A stretch of 63,955 nucleotides of DNA, filler included, from Reticulomyxa filosa (lineage: Eukaryota; Protista; Foraminifera): NCBI GenBank assembly GCA_000512085.1. It is 20 parts of 20 records of this genome, joined end to end, with 100 filler letters (N's around TTAATTAATTAA, not from the genome) between each part and the next. Parts side by side here need not be neighbours in the genome. Positions count along the whole stretch, not along the records: positions 56,357 to 62,849 come from ASPP01011418.1; positions 62,950 to 63,955 come from ASPP01047677.1; 18 more parts are not named here. One strand, 5' to 3'. The translations under genes were made by a program, and so were the position numbers. Positions within the stretch are counted from its first letter, which is position 1; the number at the start of each line of letters is the position of its first letter. Below, piece by piece: positions 59,750 to 63,955 of the stretch. The notes under the pieces were generated by a model. It was not told where the DNA came from and did no database searches. It was given only the letters and a program-made list of their open reading frames with translations.

Positions 59750-62304
59750 TTACCGTGCACTCTTTGTTAAAAAAGTTAGGATATCCTTTTGCGTGTCTGG
59801 ATCGTCAGCGTAGTGTTTTTTTGTCAATTGCCATGCATCATCGCCATCCTTAAGCAAACATCATTTTCACATATTCAGATCATTATTAAAAAGTTTGATG
59901 GAGGGACAGATATTGAAAAAAACTATTGATTAACGTTATTTTTGTTTTTCAATAAATCTAGCCATTGTTCACGTTGCATATGTTTTTTTAACATATTCAA
60001 TCGCTGCAAACATTCAGGGCGTTTGTTTAAAATTGCAATTTGAATAACTGAGTTGCGGTTCTGTGTTGGACAGTAAAGCAACAAACAAACAAAAATAGAT
60101 AAGTCAAATAATTTTTTTATGTGAATATCTAGAAATAAAACGACTTGATCTTTGGCTCTCCAAAAAGCAACAGTATTTTCACGATTGGTGGGGATTAACA
60201 TTCTCATTAATTCGTCATCAATCCGCTCTTGAAAATAAAAAGCATAGAGTAACGGCTTTGGTTCTTGCTGGTATTGTTGAAATAGACAACATGACAGACA
60301 AACGAATCTTTCTTTTCTATTTCTCCCCGATAAAAAGACAAACGAAGACAACAACTTAACAACAAGCTTTTGGAATGATTCTTCGGGCATAAACTGTCTC
60401 AATGTTCGCACTCGCGATGTGCAATGATGTTTTGAATTCCAAATCGCAAAGAGCAAGAGAGAGCTGCCTCGTTTGTCTTTTCTTTCCCAAAATGCTCGAT
60501 CACTTCGTGACTGTTCGGGTATTAATAGTGTCATCATTTCCGTGCTTACTGTTTCTCGTACATGGAAAGCATACATGAGTGGTCCACAACCTTGCTGATG
60601 GAATATCAATTCCATTCATTCCCCCCCCCAACAGAGTAAAGAAAATACTTATCTTAAAAATGCATTCCAATAATAGAGAATCATACACGCATATACACAT
60701 ATATATGTATATACGTACACATAATATACGCATTTGGTCTGAAACCCACCTCATCTTGAATAGATATAAGTTTTTGGTAGGACTTTACTGGCATAAATTT
60801 TTGTAGTGTTTCCAATTTTTGTGCACAATTCGGTTGATCACTATGGATGATAAGCAGCACCATTGAATTTCCACTCTGGCATTCAAACCAATACACAAAC
60901 AAGTCAACACCAGTACAAAAAAATTTTGCTGTGTCAGCGAAACACAAATGGCTTATTTTATTTTATTTTATTTTTTTAAAGAAAAATGGAAACTTTAGTT
61001 TTCATTTCCCAAAATGAAGGATCATTTTTTCTTTCCACAGGTAAAAGCAATTCGACAATGGTGTCGGAAACCTTTGGCTGGAAATAAAAAGCGGACATTA
61101 ACGGCGTTCTTGCATCCTTTTTTTTTTTTTTATTTTATTTAGTTTGTTTATTTGCTTTACGTTTTCAAATATTTCCCTCTAAGTTATTACTATGTCTGCA
61201 TTCACAAAAAAAAAAAAAAAAAAAAGCAACATCATCATTCGTTCGGATTAATTTTTGGAAAGACTGTTCAGGTATCCATTTTTTTAACAATTCCAAACGA
61301 TGTTCAAGATGTGGCTTATTGTTTTGAATTGAGAATTGCAATAACGAATGTTTGCTCTGTTCACAACCAACACACAAAAAAAAAAAAAAAAAAAAGATTA
61401 GCAAACAAACAAATAAATAAATAAACAAAAAGACGTTTTTTAAAAAATATGTAACATTGTCTGTCAATTCCCAAAATGATATATCTTCATTTGCCTTTAT
61501 TTCATCGGGCAATAATAACTCAATAATACTGTCATCAATTCTGTGTTGGAAATAAAATAAATACATTAGCGGAATCCATCCGTTCTAATAATATATTTTG
61601 TTTTGTTTACGCGCTTGAAAATGTTGCCACTCCAAAAAAAAAAAAAGAAAATGGAATAAAAACAACAGATGCCAGTAACTTTATCTTTTAGTTTGATCAT
61701 TTTGTCAAAGCAGGTCTTTGGCGCAAATTTTTTTAGCACTTTGACGCGTGATTCAAAGTGTGGCTGTTGATTGAGAATGGCCAAGTGTAACAGGGAGTGT
61801 CCTTTCTGTTGTCATTTGTTATTGTGATGGTCGTTACTTATTAGTATTGCTTTATGTCAGCTGTTTGCGTTGGTTGTGCCAATAAAACACAAACATAAGC
61901 ACCTTGTCTTTGACTTCCCAATACGCGTTCAAATCCACTTTTTCTGATCGAGGGACTAACATTTGCACGAGTTCGTCTCTTACTTCCGATTGCAAATAAA
62001 GCACGTAAATCAATGGTTTTTTTTGCGTCTTTGTTTATGTATGTGTGTGTGTGTGTGCGTTACATTCATTCTTTGCTTTTTTTTTTTGTTTTTCAACATA
62101 CAATGATGGAAAAATAGGTCTTTTTGGGCATATTTCTCTTAATAGTCTTCAAGCGTTCGATGGTGTCTCCTTTGGTATTGCAAAGTGCCAATTCGATTAA
62201 AGTGCGTCCTTTCTGTTTTTGTTTTGTTTTGTTTTATTTTGTCCGAATTTTGATTTGAATGACAAAACTGCATCGAAGATTATAATTGGAGATCTTAAGA
62301 GATG

Positions 62305-62337
<33 letters not shown>

Positions 62338-62810
62338 ATCTGTGTTTAGTCAACTGTATCACGCATTTCCCAAAACGATAAACTTGCTTTGTCGAGCAAT
62401 TGCGGCAACAGTATTTCGAATATTCCTTCTCCCAACACTTCTGAACTAATCGCGCAAGCATACATTAATGCTGTTTGGTGATTCTATGTAATTCAAAGTC
62501 CATATAAGCACTTATACATATCCGTGTATGTGTGTATATATTCCGTATATAACTTTGTTAGTGAGAACGAGTAATTGTTTATAAAAGTGATCAGGTATTA
62601 TTTTCTTCAACAAGTGTAATCGCTCAAGACAGTTTGGGTGAGAGTTTTGGACAGCCAGATGCAATAAATAGTTTCCGCTTTTGGGATGTCTGTTCAACCA
62701 AAAGTCTGGATTGTGCTCCAAATGTTTTGGAATTAGCCATCTCAGCAAATTCTCGTTCAAGTCGTCTCGATATTGACACGCATACAACAACGGAAGTGAT
62801 TGCAACTTGG
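59750..62810 (-). CDS. Divergent ankyrin-like repeat protein, seven ~80-aa two-part units, many short exons, 5' partial
   Basis: Repeated A half (PL.Y.FY.Q..I.D.....LLP......FW...D) and B half (G.SLL..AI.N..P....RL..LKK..P...F.KL), ending DGDDAWQL...SAR*. Confidence 0.8.
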
Positions 62811-62949
62811 CAAAAAAAAAAAAAAATTAAAATATGACAAACACACAATNNNNNNNNNNNNNNNNNNNNNNNNNNNNNNNNNNNNNNNNNNNNTTAATTA
62901 ATTAANNNNNNNNNNNNNNNNNNNNNNNNNNNNNNNNNNNNNNNNNNNN

Positions 62950-63260
62950 CGCAAAAGTTAATTGACTTTTGATGTTTGCGTTGAGTGGCGAATAGGCAAG
63001 AGCATTGTCTGGTCGTGGTTGATGTTCGCAATCGAGTCAAACTCTTTGTTCAACGCGTCCATATTGTTATCCATTGTGATTGATGTATGTGGGACTACTG
63101 ATGGGAATGCTGACAAGTGTTTTGTTGTGTTTCATATCTGCAAGTTTGTCATGATTAGCAGTCGCGGTGTCGGCAAGCTATTCACACTTACTGGTGTTGA
63201 TTTCGAGGCAATGGGTTCTTTATTGGATGAACAGGTTCTCTATTGCTGATGTTATTGTTG
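62950..63260 (-). CDS. Hypothetical protein fragment
   Basis: Protein-like frame ...TSITMDNNMDALNKEFDSIANINHDQTMLLPIRHSTQTSK; no motif recognised. Confidence 0.25.
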
Positions 63261-63400
63261 TGAAAGCTATTACCAGGTCGTCGTGGTAGGCTGCATAGTA
63301 TAAATTACGGACGTTTGTGAATGTAAGTTCTAGTGCATTGTTAAGCACATTGCGAAAAGGGCACTTTCGAGTTAGGTTTGCTGTTTTTTCATCAGATATA

Positions 63401-63955
63401 CAGTAGGATAAAAAAGAAAGTTAACACTTAAAATGCCATCTTATAGAGATTGTGTTTCTTCATGAAAAAACAACATCTAATCAAAATTTTTTAAAAAAAT
63501 ATCTACTAATCGTGTAGTTTTTAAATATCATTTTGGTTTTTTATTAAGTCTTTACAATTTTTTTCAAAAATTTTAATTTTTCATTTACTTTAAAAAAAAA
63601 TTTTTTGGTTGTCTGAGTATGATAAGATTATTTTTTAGAATTTAATTCAAGTTTACCAACGTGTTAAATCTTCTATTATTTTTTTAACTACCTATAATCT
63701 CTTTGGAATCGACTTTATTAATGTTTCACAAATGTTTGTTACTATTTTTTCACATTCTATTTCGAATTGGCTCCAAAGTTCTTCAGTAGTATTAAATGGT
63801 CCTTTTTTGTGAATCATTGTCTTTAATATCCACCAAAGATTTTCAATTGGATTTAAATCAGGTGAATTTGGAGTAAAATTCATTGTTTTTATTTTTTTTG
63901 GTTTTAACTATTTAATAATTTTTTCCGATTTATGGCATGTTGCATTATCTTGCTG
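63401..63955 (-). mobile_element. Tc1-family DD34E transposon, 3' part, inactive
   Basis: QQDNATCHKSEKIIK*LKPKKIKTMNFTPNSPDLNPIENLW: 34 positions between D and E; two TAG stops; terminus TA|CAGTAGGATAAAAAAGAAAGTTAACAC at 63399. Confidence 0.92.

Noticed and set aside
1437-62949. Regularly recurring TTAATTAATTAA as a biological repeat or CRISPR-like array
   Set aside because: Always centred in 44+44 N; it is an artificial six-frame-stop concatenation linker.

Overview
This window is not one locus. It is 20 short contigs joined by 19 identical artificial 100-bp spacers (44 N + TTAATTAATTAA + 44 N), so adjacency across a spacer means nothing. Nineteen contigs are AT-rich, intron-containing eukaryotic DNA in the standard genetic code. 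The gene-family style (a kelch-like family ending WIRILKIKLGWIDDFDRII, WD40 debris, RGS and FSL-type receptor genes, introns full of homopolymers and (AT)n) resembles the foraminiferan Reticulomyxa filosa; this assignment is inference, not tested. One contig (16983-18175) is GC-rich bacterial DNA (argC end, MliC lipoprotein, RutD-like hydrolase). Recognisable genes, mostly partial: NAA35/Mak10, CSN6, THOC5, RPB2, TTC29, a Snf7/ESCRT-III protein, a TTLL, an MST/Hippo-type kinase with a SARAH-like tail, the C-terminus of an RNF213-like protein, maspardin, an RGS protein, a Frizzled/Smoothened-like receptor and a C2H2/AT-hook factor. Mobile DNA includes a dead LINE RT, two Tc1-type transposase remnants and a dispersed family of TA|CAGTAG termini including a 128-bp MITE. 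I cannot support a multi-gene novel system here. The best single-gene or structural leads are: an RPEL+kelch protein, a myristoylated Ras pseudo-GTPase, an intronless Zn-domain/coiled-coil orphan, an exon-per-repeat ankyrin-like protein, an HSP70/LDLa chimera with a 14-nt GT-AG intron beside a Tc1 end, and a ~118-bp foldback palindrome. All family calls come from motif recall, not database searches.
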